DNA of 64,000 nt from Eledone cirrhosa (lineage: Eukaryota): the NCBI GenBank assembly GCA_964016885.1, contig OZ024742.1:373240001-373304000 (forward strand). The letters run 5' to 3'. A program made the position numbers and the translations under genes. The notes under the pieces were generated by a model. It saw only the letters and a list, made by a program, of their open reading frames with translations, was not told where the DNA came from and did no database searches. Numbering within the stretch: the first letter of the stretch is position 1; every line of letters starts with the position of its first letter. Positions 31,801 to 45,800 of this stretch are shown one piece after another.

Positions 31801-33068
31801 GCCACATATTAGTCTGATAGTCCCACAAGCCACATACCTCTGATAGTCCCACAAGCCACATATTAGTCTGATAGTCCCACAAGTCACATACCTCTGATTG
31901 TCCCACAAGCCACATATTAGTCTGATAGTTCCACAAGTCACATACCTCTGATAGTCTTACAAGCCACATATTAGTATGATAGTCCCACAAGCCACATGCC
32001 TCTGATAGTCCCACAAGCCACATATTAGTCTGATAGTCCCAAAAGTCACATACCTCTGATAGTCCCACAAGCCACATATTAGTCTGATAGTCCCACAAAT
32101 CACCTACCTTTGATAGTCCCACAAGCCACATATTAATCTGATAGTCCCACAAGCCACATGCCTCTGATAGTCCCACAATCCACATATTAGTCTGATAGTC
32201 CCACAAGCCACATACCTCTAATAGTCCCACAAGCCACATACCTCTGATAGTCCCACAAGCCACATACCTCTGATAGTCCCACAAGCCACATACCTCTGAT
32301 AGTCCCACAAGTCACATACCTTTGGTAGTCCTACAAGCAACATATTAATCTGATAGTCCCACAAACCACATACCTCTGATAGTCCCACACGCAACATATT
32401 AGTCTGATAGTCCCACAAGCCACATACTTCTGATAGTCCCACAAGCCACATATTAGTCTGATAGTCCCACAAGCCACATACCTCTGATAGTCTCACAAGC
32501 CACATATTAGTCTGATAGTCCCACAAGCCACATACCTCTGATAGTCCCACAAGCCACATACCTCTGATAGTCCCACAAGCCACATATTAGTCTGATAGTC
32601 CCACAAGTCACATACCTCTGATAGTCCCACAAACCACATATTAGTCTGATAGTTCCACAAGCCACATACCTCTGATAGTCCCACAAGCCACATATTAGTC
32701 TGATAGTCCCACAGGTCACATATCTCTGATAGTCCCACAAGCGACATACCTCTGATAGTCCCACAAGCCACATACCTCTGATAGCCCCACAAGCCACATA
32801 CCTCTGATAGTCTCACAAGCCACATACCTCTGATAGTCCCACTAGCCACATACCTCTGATAGTCCCACAAGCTACATACCTCTCATAGTCCCACAAGCCA
32901 CATACCTCTCATAGTCCAACACGCCACATATTAGTTTGATAGTCCCACAAGCCACATACCTCTGATAGTCCCACAAACCACATACCTCTGATAGTCCCAC
33001 AAGCCGCATATTAGTCTGATAGTCCCACAGGTCACATACCTCTGATAGTCCCACAAGCCACATACCTC

Positions 33069-36000
33069 TGATAGTCCCAGAAGCCACATATTAGTCTGAT
33101 AGTCCCACAAGTCACATATCTCTGATAGTCCCACAAGCTACATATTAGTCTGATAGTCCCACAAGTCACATACCTCTGATAGTCCCATAAGCCACATAAC
33201 TCTGATAGTCCATCAAGCCACATACCTCTGATAGTCCCACAGGCCACATACCTCTGATAGTCCCACAAGCCACATACCTCTGATAGTCCCACAAGCCACA
33301 TATTAGTCAGATAGTCCCACAAGCCACATACCTCTGATAGTCCCACCAGCCACATACCTCTGATAGTTCCACAAGCCACATATTAGTCTGATAGTCCCAC
33401 AAGTCACATACCTCTGATAGTCCCACAGGCCACATATTAGTCTGATAGTCCCACAAGCCACATACCTCTGATAGTCCCACAAGTCACATGCCTCTAATAG
33501 TCCCACAAGTCACATACCGCTGATAGTCCCACAGGCCACATATTAGTCTGATAGTCCCACAAGCCACATACCTCTGATAGTCCCACAAGCCACATACCTC
33601 TGATAGTCCCACAAACCACATACCTCTGATAGTCCCACAAGCCACATACCTCTGATAGTCCCACAAGCCACATACCTCTGATAGTCCCACAAGTCACATA
33701 CCTCCGATATTCCCACAAGCCACATATTAGTCTGATAGTCTTACAAGCCACATACCTCTGATAGTCCCACAAGCCACATACCTCTAATAGTCCCACAAGT
33801 CACATACCTCTGATAGTCCCACAAGTCACATACCTATGATAGTCCCACAAGCCACATATTAGTCTGATAGTCCCACAAGCCACATATTAGTCTAATAGTC
33901 CCACAAACCACATAGTTCTGATAGTCCCACAAGCCACATACTTCTGATAGTCCCACAACCCACATACTGCTGATAGTCCCACAAGCCACATATTGGTTTG
34001 ATAGTCCCACAAGTCACATACCTCTGATAGTCCCATAAGCCACATATTAGTCTGATAGTCCCACAAGCCACATACATCTGATAGTCCCACAAGCCACATA
34101 CCTCTGATAGTCCCACAAGCCACATACCTCTGATAGTCCCACAAGCCACATACCTCTGATAGTCCCACAAGCCACATATTAGTCTGATAGTCCCACAGGT
34201 CACATACCTCTGATAGTCCCACAAGCCACATACCTCTGATAGTCCCACAAGCCACATATTAGTGTGATAGTCCCACAAGCCACATACCTCTGATAGTCCC
34301 ACAAGCCACATACCTCTGATAGTCCCACAAGCCACATATTCGTCTGATAGTCCCACAAGCCACATACCTCTGATAGTCCCACAAGCCACATACCTCTGAT
34401 AGTCCCACAAGTCACATACCTCCGATAGTCCCACAAGCCACATATTAGTCTGATAGTTTTACAAGCCACATACCTCTGATAGTCCCACAAGCCACATACC
34501 TCTAATAGTCCCGCAAGTCACATACCTCTGATAGTCCCACAAGTCACATACCTCTGATAGTCCCACAAGCCACATATTAGTCTGATAGGCCTACAAGCCA
34601 CATATTAGTCTAATAGTCCCACAAACCACATAGTTCTGATAGTCCCACAAGCCACATACTTCTGATAGTCCCACAAGCCACATACTGCTGATAGTCCCAC
34701 AAGCCACATATTGGTCTGATAGTTCCACAAGTCACATACCTCTGATAGTCCCATAAGCCACATATTAGTCTGATAGTCCCACAAGCCACATACATCTGAT
34801 AGTCCCACAAGCCACATACCTCTGATAGTCCCACAAGCCACATACCTCTGATAGTCCCACAAGCCACATACCTCTGATAGTCCCAGAAGCCACATATTAG
34901 TCTGATAGTCCCACAAGTCACATACCTCTGATAGTCCCACAAGCTACATATTAGTCTGATAGTCCCACAAGTCACATACCTCTGATAGTCCCATAAGCCA
35001 CATAACTCTGATAGTCCATCAAGCCACATACCTCTGATAGTCCCACAGGCCACATACCTCTGATAGTCCCACAAGCCACATACCTCTGATAGTCCCACAA
35101 GCCACATATTAGTCAGATAGTCCCACAAGCCACATACCTCTGATAGTCCCACAAGCCACATACCTCTGATAGTTCCACAAGCCACATATTAGTCTGATAG
35201 TCCCACAAGTCACATACCTCTGATAGTCCCACAGGCCACATATTAGTCTGATAGTCCCACAAGCCACATACCTCTGATAGTCCCACAAGTCACATGCCTC
35301 TAATAGTCCCACAAGTCACATACCGCTGATAGTCCCACAGGCCACATATTAGTCTGATAGTCCCACAAGCCACATACCTCTGATAGTCCCACAAGCCACA
35401 TACCTCTGATAGTCCCACAAACCACATACCTCTGATAGTCCCACAAGCCACATACCTCTGATAGTCCCACAAGCCACATACCTCTGATAGTCCCACAAGT
35501 CACATACCTCCGATATTCCCACAAGCCACATATTAGTCTGATAGTCTTACAAGCCACATACCTCTGATAGTCCCACAAGCCACATACCTCTAATAGTCCC
35601 ACAAGTCACATACCTCTGATAGTCCCACAAGTCACATACCTATGATAGTCCCACAAGCCACATATTAGTATGATAGTCCCACAAGCCACATATTAGTCTA
35701 ATAGTCCCACAAACCACATAGTTCTGATAGTCCCACAAGCCACATACTTCTGATAGTCCCACAAGCCACATACTGCTGATAGTCCCACAAGCCACATATT
35801 GGTTTGATAGTCCCACAAGTCACATACCTCTGATAGTCCCATAAGCCACATATTAGTCTGATAGTCCCACAAGCCACATACATCTGATAGTCCCACAAGC
35901 CACATACCTCTGATAGTCCCACAAGCCACATACCTCTGATAGTCCCACAAGCCACATACCTCTGATAGTCCCACAAGCCACATATTAGTCTGATAGTCCC

Positions 36001-36680
36001 ACAGGTCACATACCTCTGATAGTCCCACAAGCCACATACCTCTGATAGTCCCACAAGCCACATATTAGTGTGATAGTCCCACAAGCCACATACCTCTGAT
36101 AGTCCCACAAGCCACATACCTCTGATAGTCCCACAAGCCACATATTCGTCTGATAGTCCCACAAGCCACATACCTCTGATAGTCCCACAAGCCACATACC
36201 TCTGATAGTCCCACAAGTCACATACCTCCGATAGTCCCACAAGCCACATATTAGTCTGATAGTTTTACAAGCCACATACCTCTGATAGTCCCACAAGCCA
36301 CATACCTCTAATAGTCCCGCAAGTCACATACCTCTGATAGTCCCACAAGTCACATACCTCTGATAGTCCCACAAGCCACATATTAGTCTGATAGTCCTAC
36401 AAGCCACATATTAGTCTAATAGTCCCACAAACCACATAGTTCTGATAGTCCCACAAGCCACATACTTCTGATAGTCCCACAAGCCACATACTGCTGATAG
36501 TCCCACAAGCCACATATTGGTCTGATAGTTCCACAAGTCACATACCTCTGATAGTCCCATAAGCCACATATTAGTCTGATAGTCCCACAAGCCACATACA
36601 TCTGATAGTCCCACAAGCCACATACCTCTGATAGTCCCACAAGCCACATACCTCTGATAGTCCCACAAGCCACATACCTC
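33069..36680. repeat. Tandem duplication of an 1806-bp higher-order unit, containing an older 718-bp internal periodicity
   Basis: ORF pairs 33303/35109, 33887/35693 and 34200/36006 are offset by 1806. Pairs 33887/34605 and 35693/36411 are offset by 718. Confidence 0.88.
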
Positions 36681-36760
36681 TGATAGTCCCACAAGCCACA
36701 TATTAGTCTGATAGTCCCACAGGTCACATACATCTGATAGTCCCACAAGCCACATACCTC

Positions 36761-39700
36761 TGATAGTCCCACAAGTCACATACCTCTGATAGTCCAACAA
36801 GCCACATACCTCTGATAGTTCCACAAGCCACATACCTCTGATAGTCTCACAAGCCACATTCCTCTGATAGTCCCACAAGCCACATACCTCTGATAGTCCC
36901 ACAAGCCACATATTAGTCTGATAGTCCCACAGGTCACATACCTCTGATAGTCCCACAAGCCACATACCTCTGATAGTCCCACAAGCCACATATTAGTCTG
37001 ATAGTCCCACAAGTCACATACCTCTGATAGTCCCACAAGCTACATATTAGTCTGATAGTCCCACAAGTCACATACCTCTGATAGTCCCACAAGCCACATA
37101 ACTCTGATAGTCCATCAAGCCACATACCTCTGATAGTCCCACAAGCCACATACCTCTGATAGTCCCACAAGCCACATACCTCTGATAGTCGCACAAGCCA
37201 CATATTAGTCTGATAGTCCCACAAGCCACATACCTCTGATAGTCCCACAAGCCACATACCTCTGATAGTTCCACAAGCCACATATTAGTCTGATAGTCCC
37301 ACAAGTCACATACCTCTGATAGTCCCACAGGCCACATATTATTCTGATAGTCCCACAAGCCACATACCTCTGATAGTCCCACAAGTCACATGCCTCTAAT
37401 AGTCCCACAATTCACATACCTCTGATAGTCCCACAGGCCACATATTAGTCTGATAGTCCCACAAGCCACATACCTCTGATAGTCCCACAAGCCACATACC
37501 TCTGATAGTCCCACAAACCACATACCTCTGATAGTCCCACAAGCCACATACCTCTGATAGTCCCACAAGCCACATATTCGTCTGATAGTCCCACAAGTCA
37601 CATACCTCTGATAGTCCCACAAGCCACATATTCGTCTGATAGTCCCACAAGTCACATACCTCCGATAGTCCCACAAGCCACATATTCGTCTGTTAGTCCC
37701 ACAAGTCACATACCTCTGATAGTCCCACAAGCCACATATTAGTCTGATAGTCCCACAAGCCACATACCTCTGATAGTCCCACAAACCACATACCTCTGAT
37801 AGTCCCACAAGCCACATACCTCTGATAGTCCCACAAGTCACATACCTCCGATAGTCCCACAAGCCACATATTAGTCTGATAGTCTTACAAGCCACATACC
37901 TCTGATAGTCCCACAAGCCACATACCTCTAATAGTCCCACAAGTCACATACCTCTGATAGTCCCACAAGTCACATACCTCTGATAGTCCCACAAGCCACA
38001 TATTAGTCTGATAGTCCCACAAGTCACATATTAGTCTAATAGTCCCACAAACCACATAGTTCTGATAGTCCCACAAGCCACATACTTCTGATAGTCCCAC
38101 AAGCCACATACTGCTGATAGTCCCACAAGCCACATATTGGTTTGATAGTCCCACAAGTCACATACCTCTGATAGTCCCATAAGCCACATATTAGTCTGAT
38201 AGTCCCACAAGCCACATACATCTGATAGTCCCACAAGCCACATACCTCTGATAGTTCCACAAGCCACATACCTCTGATAGTCCCACAAGCCACATACCTC
38301 TGATAGTCCCACAAGCCACATATTAGTCTGATAGTCCCACAGGTCACATACCTCTGATAGTCCCACAAGCCACATACCTCTGATAGTCCCACAAGCCACA
38401 TATTAGTGTGATAGTCCCACAAGCCAAATACCTCTGATAGTCCCACAAAACACATACCTCTGATAGTCCCACAAGCCACATACATATGATAGTCCCACAA
38501 GCCTCATATTCGTCTGATAGTCCCACAAGCCACATACCTCTGATAGTCCCACAAGCCACATACCTCTGATAGTCCCACAAGTCACATAGCTCCGATAGTC
38601 CCACAAGCCACATATTAGTCTGATAGTCTTACAAGCCACATACCTCTGATAGTCCCACAAGCCACATACCTCTAATAGCCCCACAAGTCACATACCTCTG
38701 ATAGTCCCACAAGTCACATACCTCTGATAGTCCCACAAGCCACATATTAGTCTGATAGTCCCACAAGCCACATATTAGTCTAATAGTCCCACAAACCACA
38801 TAGTTCTGATAGTCCCACAAGCCACATACTTCTGATAGTCCCACAAGCCACATACTGCTGATAGTCACACAAGCCACATATTGGTCTGATAGTCCCACAA
38901 GTCACATACCTCTGATAGTCCCATAAGCCACATATTAGTCTGATAGTCCCACAAGCCACATACATCTGATAGTCCTACAAGCCACATACCTCTGATAGTC
39001 CCACAAGCCACATACCTCTGATAGTCCCACAAGCCACATACCTCTGATAGTCCCACAAGCCACATACCTCTGATAGTCTCACAAGCCACATACCTCTGAT
39101 AGTCCCACTAGCCACATACCTCTGATAGTCCCACAAGCTACATACCTCTCATAGTCCCACAAGCCACATACCTCTCATAGTCCAACACGCCACATATTAG
39201 TTTGATAGTCCCACAAGCCACATACCTCTGATAGTCCCACAAACCACATACCTCTGATAGTCCCACAAGCCGCATATTAGTCTGATAGTCCCACAGGTCA
39301 CATATCTCTGATAGTCCCACAAGCCACATACCTCTGATAGTCCCACAAGCCACATACCTCTGATAGTCCCACAATCCACATACCTCTGATAGTCTCACAA
39401 GCCACATACCTCTGATAGTCCCACTAGCCACATACCTCTGATAGTCCCACAAGCTACATACCTCTCATAGTTCCACAAGCCACATACCTCTCATAGTCCA
39501 ACACGCCACATATTAGTTTGATAGTCCCACAAGCCACATACCTCTGATAGTCCCACAAACCACATACCTCTGATAGTCCCACAAGCCACAGGTCACATAC
39601 CTCTGATAGTCCCACAAACCACATACCTCTGATAGTCCCACAAGCCACATATTTGTCTGATAGTCCCACAGGTCACATACCTCTGATAGTCCCACAAGCC

Positions 39701-39816
39701 ACATACCTCTGATAGTCCCACAAGTCACATGCCTCCGATAGTCCCACAAGCCACATATTAGTCTGATAGTCTTACAAGCCACATACCTCTGATAGTCCCA
39801 CAAGCCACATACCTCT
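36761..39816. repeat. About 3.05-kb block duplicated at 43160-46215 (offset 6399)
   Basis: ORF pairs 36934/43333, 37386/43785, 38031/44430, 39138/45537 and 39454/45853. Both copies carry a 33-bp fused monomer (39571 and 45970). Confidence 0.9.
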
Positions 39817-42800
39817 GATAGTCCCACAAGCCACATACCTCTGATAGTCCCACAAGCCACATACCTCTGATAGTCCCACAAACCACATACCTCTGATAGT
39901 CCCACAAGCCACATACCTCTGATAGTCCCACAAGCCACATACCTCTGATAGTCCCACAAGTCACATACCTCCGATATTCCCACAAGCCACATATTAGTCT
40001 GATAGTCTTACAAGCCACATACCTCTGATAGTCCCACAAGCCACATACCTCTAATAGTCCCACAAGTCACATACCTCTGATAGTCCCACAAGTCACATAC
40101 CTATGATAGTCCCACAAGCCACATATTAGTCTGATAGTCCCACAAGCCACATATTAGTCTAATAGTCCCACAAACCACATAGTTCTGATAGTCCCACAAG
40201 CCACATACTTCTGATAGTCCCACAAGCCACATACTGCTGATAGTCCCACAAGCCACATATTGGTTTGATAGTCCCACAAGTCACATACCTCTGATAGTCC
40301 CATAAGCCACATATTAGTCTGATAGTCCCACAAGCCACATACATCTGATAGTCCCACAAGCCACATACCTCTGATAGTCCCACAAGCCACATACCTCTGA
40401 TAGTCCCACAAGCCACATACCTCTGATAGTCCCACAAGCCACATATTAGTCTGATAGTCCCACAGGTCACATACCTCTGATAGTCCCACAAGCCACATAC
40501 CTCTGATAGTCCCACAAGCCACATATTAGTGTGATAGTCCCACAAGCCACATACCTCTGATAGTCCCACAAGCCACATACCTCTGATAGTCCCACAAGCC
40601 ACATATTCGTCTGATAGTCCCACAAGCCACATACCTCTGATAGTCCCACAAGCCACATACCTCTGATAGTCCCACAAGTCACATACCTCCGATAGTCCCA
40701 CAAGCCACATACCTCTGATAGTCCCACAAGCCACATACCTCTAATAGTCCCGCAAGTCACATACCTCTGATAGTCCCACAAGTCACATACCTCTGATAGT
40801 CCCACAAGCCACATATTAGTCTGATAGGCCTACAAGCCACATATTAGTCTAATAGTCCCACAAACCACATAGTTCTGATAGTCCCACAAGCCACATACTT
40901 CTGATAGTCCCACAAGCCACATACTGCTGATAGTCCCACAAGCCACATATTGGTCTGATAGTTCCACAAGTCACATACCTCTGATAGTCCCATAAGCCAC
41001 ATATTAGTCTGATAGTCCCACAAGCCACATACATCTGATAGTCCCACAAGCCACATACCTCTGATAGTCCCACAAGCCACATACCTCTGATAGTCCCACA
41101 AGCCACATACCTCTGAAAGTCCCAGAAGCCACATATTAGTCTGATAGTCCCACAAGTCACATACCTCTGATAGTCCCACAAGCTACATATTAGTCTGATA
41201 GTCCCACAAGTCACATACCTCTGATAGTCCCATAAGCCACATAACTCTGATAGTCCATCAAGCCACATACCTCTGATAGTCCCACAGGCCACATACCTCT
41301 GATAGTCCCACAAGCCACATACCTCTGATAGTCCCACAAGCCACATATTAGTCAGATAGTCCCACAAGCCACATACCTCTGATAGTCCCACAAGCCACAT
41401 ACCTCTGATAGTTCCACAAGCCACATATTAGTCTGATAGTCCCACAAGTCACATACCTCTGATAGTCCCACAGGCCACATATTAGTCTGATAGTCCCACA
41501 AGCCACATACCTCTGATAGTCCCACAAGCCACATACCTCTGATAGTCCCACAAACCACATACCTCTGATAGTCCCACAAGCCACATACCTCTGATAGTCC
41601 CACAAGCCACATACCTCTGATAGTCCCACAAGTCACATACCTCCGATATTCCCACAAGCCACATATTAGTCTGATAGTCTTACAAGCCACATACCTCTGA
41701 TAGTCCCACAAGCCACATACCTCTAATAGTCCCACAAGTCACATACCTCTGATAGTCCCACAAGTCACATACCTATGATAGTCCCACAAGCCACATATTA
41801 GTCTGATAGTCCCACAAGCCACATATTAGTCTAATAGTCCCACAAACCACATAGTTCTGATAGTCCCACAAGCCACATACTTCTGATAGTCCCACAAGCC
41901 ACATACTGCTGATAGTCCCACAAGCCACATATTGGTTTGATAGTCCCACAAGTCACATACCTCTGATAGTCCCATAAGCCACATATTAGTCTGATAGTCC
42001 CACAAGCCACATACATCTGATAGTCCCACAAGCCACATACCTCTGATAGTCCCACAAGCCACATACCTCTGATAGTCCCACAAGCCACATACCTCTGATA
42101 GTCCCACAAGCCACATATTAGTCTGATAGTCCCACAGGTCACATACCTCTGATAGTCCCACAAGCCACATACCTCTGATAGTCCCACAAGCCACATATTA
42201 GTGTGATAGTCCCACAAGCCACATACCTCTGATAGTCCCACAAGCCACATACCTCTGATAGTCCCACAAGCCACATATTCGTCTGATAGTCCCACAAGCC
42301 ACATACCTCTGATAGTCCCACAAGCCACATACCTCTGATAGTCCCACAAGTCACATACCTCCGATAGTCCCACAAGCCACATATTAGTCTGATAGTTTTA
42401 CAAGCCACATACCTCTGATAGTCCCACAAGCCACATACCTCTAATAGTCCCGCAAGTCACATACCTCTGATAGTCCCACAAGTCACATACCTCTGATAGT
42501 CCCACAAGCCACATATTAGTCTGATAGTCCTACAAGCCACATATTAGTCTAATAGTCCCACAAACCACATAGTTCTGATAGTCCCACAAGCCACATACTT
42601 CTGATAGTCCCACAAGCCACATACTGCTGATAGTCCCACAAGCCACATATTGGTCTGATAGTTCCACAAGTCACATACCTCTGATAGTCCCATAAGCCAC
42701 ATATTAGTCTGATAGTCCCACAAGCCACATACATCTGATAGTCCCACAAGCCACATACCTCTGATAGTCCCACAAGCCACATACCTCTGATAGTCCCACA

Positions 42801-45800
42801 AGCCACATACCTCTGATAGTCCCACAAGCCACATATTAGTCTGATAGTCCCACAGGTCACATACATCTGATAGTCCCACAAGCCACATACCTCTGATAGT
42901 CCCACAAGCCACATATTAGTGTGATAGTCCCACAAGCCACATACCTCTGATAGTCCCACAGGCCACATACTGCTGATAGTCCCACAAGACACATATTAGT
43001 CTGATAGTCCCACAAGTCACATACCTCTGATAGTCCCACAAACCACATACCTCTGATAGTCCCACAAGCCACATATTAGTCTGATAGTCCCACAGGTCAC
43101 ATACCTCTGATAGTCCCACAAGCCACATACCTCTGATAGTCCCACAAGCCACATACCTCTGATAGTCCCACAAGTCACATACCTCTGATAGTCCAACAAG
43201 CCACATACCTCTGATAGTTCCACAAGCCACATACCTCTGATAGTCTCACAAGCCACATTCCTCTGATAGTCCCACAAGCCACATACCTCTGATAGTCCCA
43301 CAAGCCACATATTAGTCTGATAGTCCCACAGGTCACATACCTCTGATAGTCCCACAAGCCACATACCTCTGATAGTCCCACAAGCCACATATTAGTCTGA
43401 TAGTCCCACAAGTCACATACCTCTGATAGTCCCACAAGCTACATATTAGTCTGATAGTCCCACAAGTCACATACCTCTGATAGTCCCACAAGCCACATAA
43501 CTCTGATAGTCCATCAAGCCACATACCTCTGATAGTCCCACAAGCCACATACCTCTGATAGTCCCACAAGCCACATACCTCTGATAGTCCCACAAGCCAC
43601 ATATTAGTCTGATAGTCCCACAAGCCACATACCTCTGATAGTCCCACAAGCCACATACCTCTGATAGTTCCACAAGCCACATATTAGTCTGATAGTCCCA
43701 CAAGTCACATACCTCTGATAGTCCCACAGGCCACATATTAGTCTGATAGTCCCACAAGCCACATACCTCTGATAGTCCCACAAGTCACATGCCTCTAATA
43801 GTCCCACAATTCACATACCTCTGATAGTCCCACAGGCCACATATTAGTCTGATAGTCCCACAAGCCACATACCTCTGATAGTCCCACAAGCCACATACCT
43901 CTGATAGTCCCACAAACCACATACCTCTGATAGTCCCACAAGCCACATACCTCTGATAGTCCCACAAGCCACATATTCGTCTGATAGTCCCACAAGTCAC
44001 ATACCTCTGATAGTCCCACAAGCCACATATTCGTCTGATAGTCCCACAAGTCACATACCTCCGATAGTCCCACAAGCCACATATTCGTCTGTTAGTCCCA
44101 CAAGTCACATACCTCTGATAGTCCCACAAGCCACATATTAGTCTGATAGTCCCACAAGCCACATACCTCTGATAGTCCCACAAACCACATACCTCTGATA
44201 GTCCCACAAGCCACATACCTCTGATAGTCCCACAAGTCACATACCTCCGATAGTCCCACAAGCCACATATTAGTCTGATAGTCTTACAAGCCACATACCT
44301 CTGATAGTCCCACAAGCCACATACCTCTAATAGTCCCACAAGTCACATACCTCTGATAGTCCCACAAGTCACATACCTCTGATAGTCCCACAAGCCACAT
44401 ATTAGTCTGATAGTCCCACAAGCCACATATTAGTCTAATAGTCCCACAAACCACATAGTTCTGATAGTCCCACAAGCCACATACTTCTGATAGTCCCACA
44501 AGCCACATACTGCTGATAGTCCCACAAGCCACATATTGGTTTGATAGTCCCACAAGTCACATACCTCTGATAGTCCCATAAGCCACATATTAGTCTGATA
44601 GTCCCACAAGCCACATACATCTGATAGTCCCACAAGCCACATACCTCTGATAGTCCCACAAGCCACATACCTCTGATAGTCCCACAAGCCAAATACCTCT
44701 GATAGTCCCACAAGCCACATATTAGTCTGATAGTCCCACAGGTCACATACCTCTGATAGTCCCACAAGCCACATACCTCTGATAGTCCCACAAGCCACAT
44801 ATTAGTGTGATAGTCCCACAAGCCACATACCTCTGATAGTCCCACAAAACACATACCTCTGATAGTCCCACAAGCCACATACATATGATAGTCCCACAAG
44901 CCTCATATTCGTCTGATAGTCCCACAAGCCACATACCTCTGATAGTCCCACAAGCCACATACCTCTGATAGTCCCACAAGTCACATAGCTCCGATAGTCC
45001 CACAAGCCACATATTAGTCTGATAGTCTTACAAGCCACATACCTCTGATAGTCCCACAAGCCACATACCTCTAATAGTCCCACAAGTCACATACCTCTGA
45101 TAGTCCCACAAGTCACATACCTCTGATAGTCCCACAAGCCACATATTAGTCTGATAGTCCCACAAGCCACATATTAGTCTAATAGTCCCACAAACCACAT
45201 AGTTCTGATAGTCCCACAAGCCACATACTTCTGATAGTCCCACAAGCCACATACTGCTGATAGTCACACAAGCCACATATTGGTCTGATAGTCCCACAAG
45301 TCACATACCTCTGATAGTCCCATAAGCCACATATTAGTCTGATAGTCCCACAAGCCACATACATCTGATAGTCCTACAAGCCACATACCTCTGATAGTCC
45401 CACAAGCCACATACCTCTGATAGTCCCACAAGCCACATACCTCTGATAGTCCCACAAGCCACATACCTCTGATAGTCTCACAAGCCACATACCTCTGATA
45501 GTCCCACTAGCCACATACCTCTGATAGTCCCACAAGCTACATACCTCTCATAGTCCCACAAGCCACATACCTCTCATAGTCCAACACGCCACATATTAGT
45601 TTGATAGTCCCACAAGCCACATACCTCTGATAGTCCCACAAACCACATACCTCTGATAGTCCCACAAGCCGCATATTAGTCTGATAGTCCCACAGGTCAC
45701 ATATCTCTGATAGTCCCACAAGCCACATACCTCTGATAGTCCCACAAGCCACATACCTCTGATAGTCCCACAATCCACATACCTCTGATAGTCTCACAAG

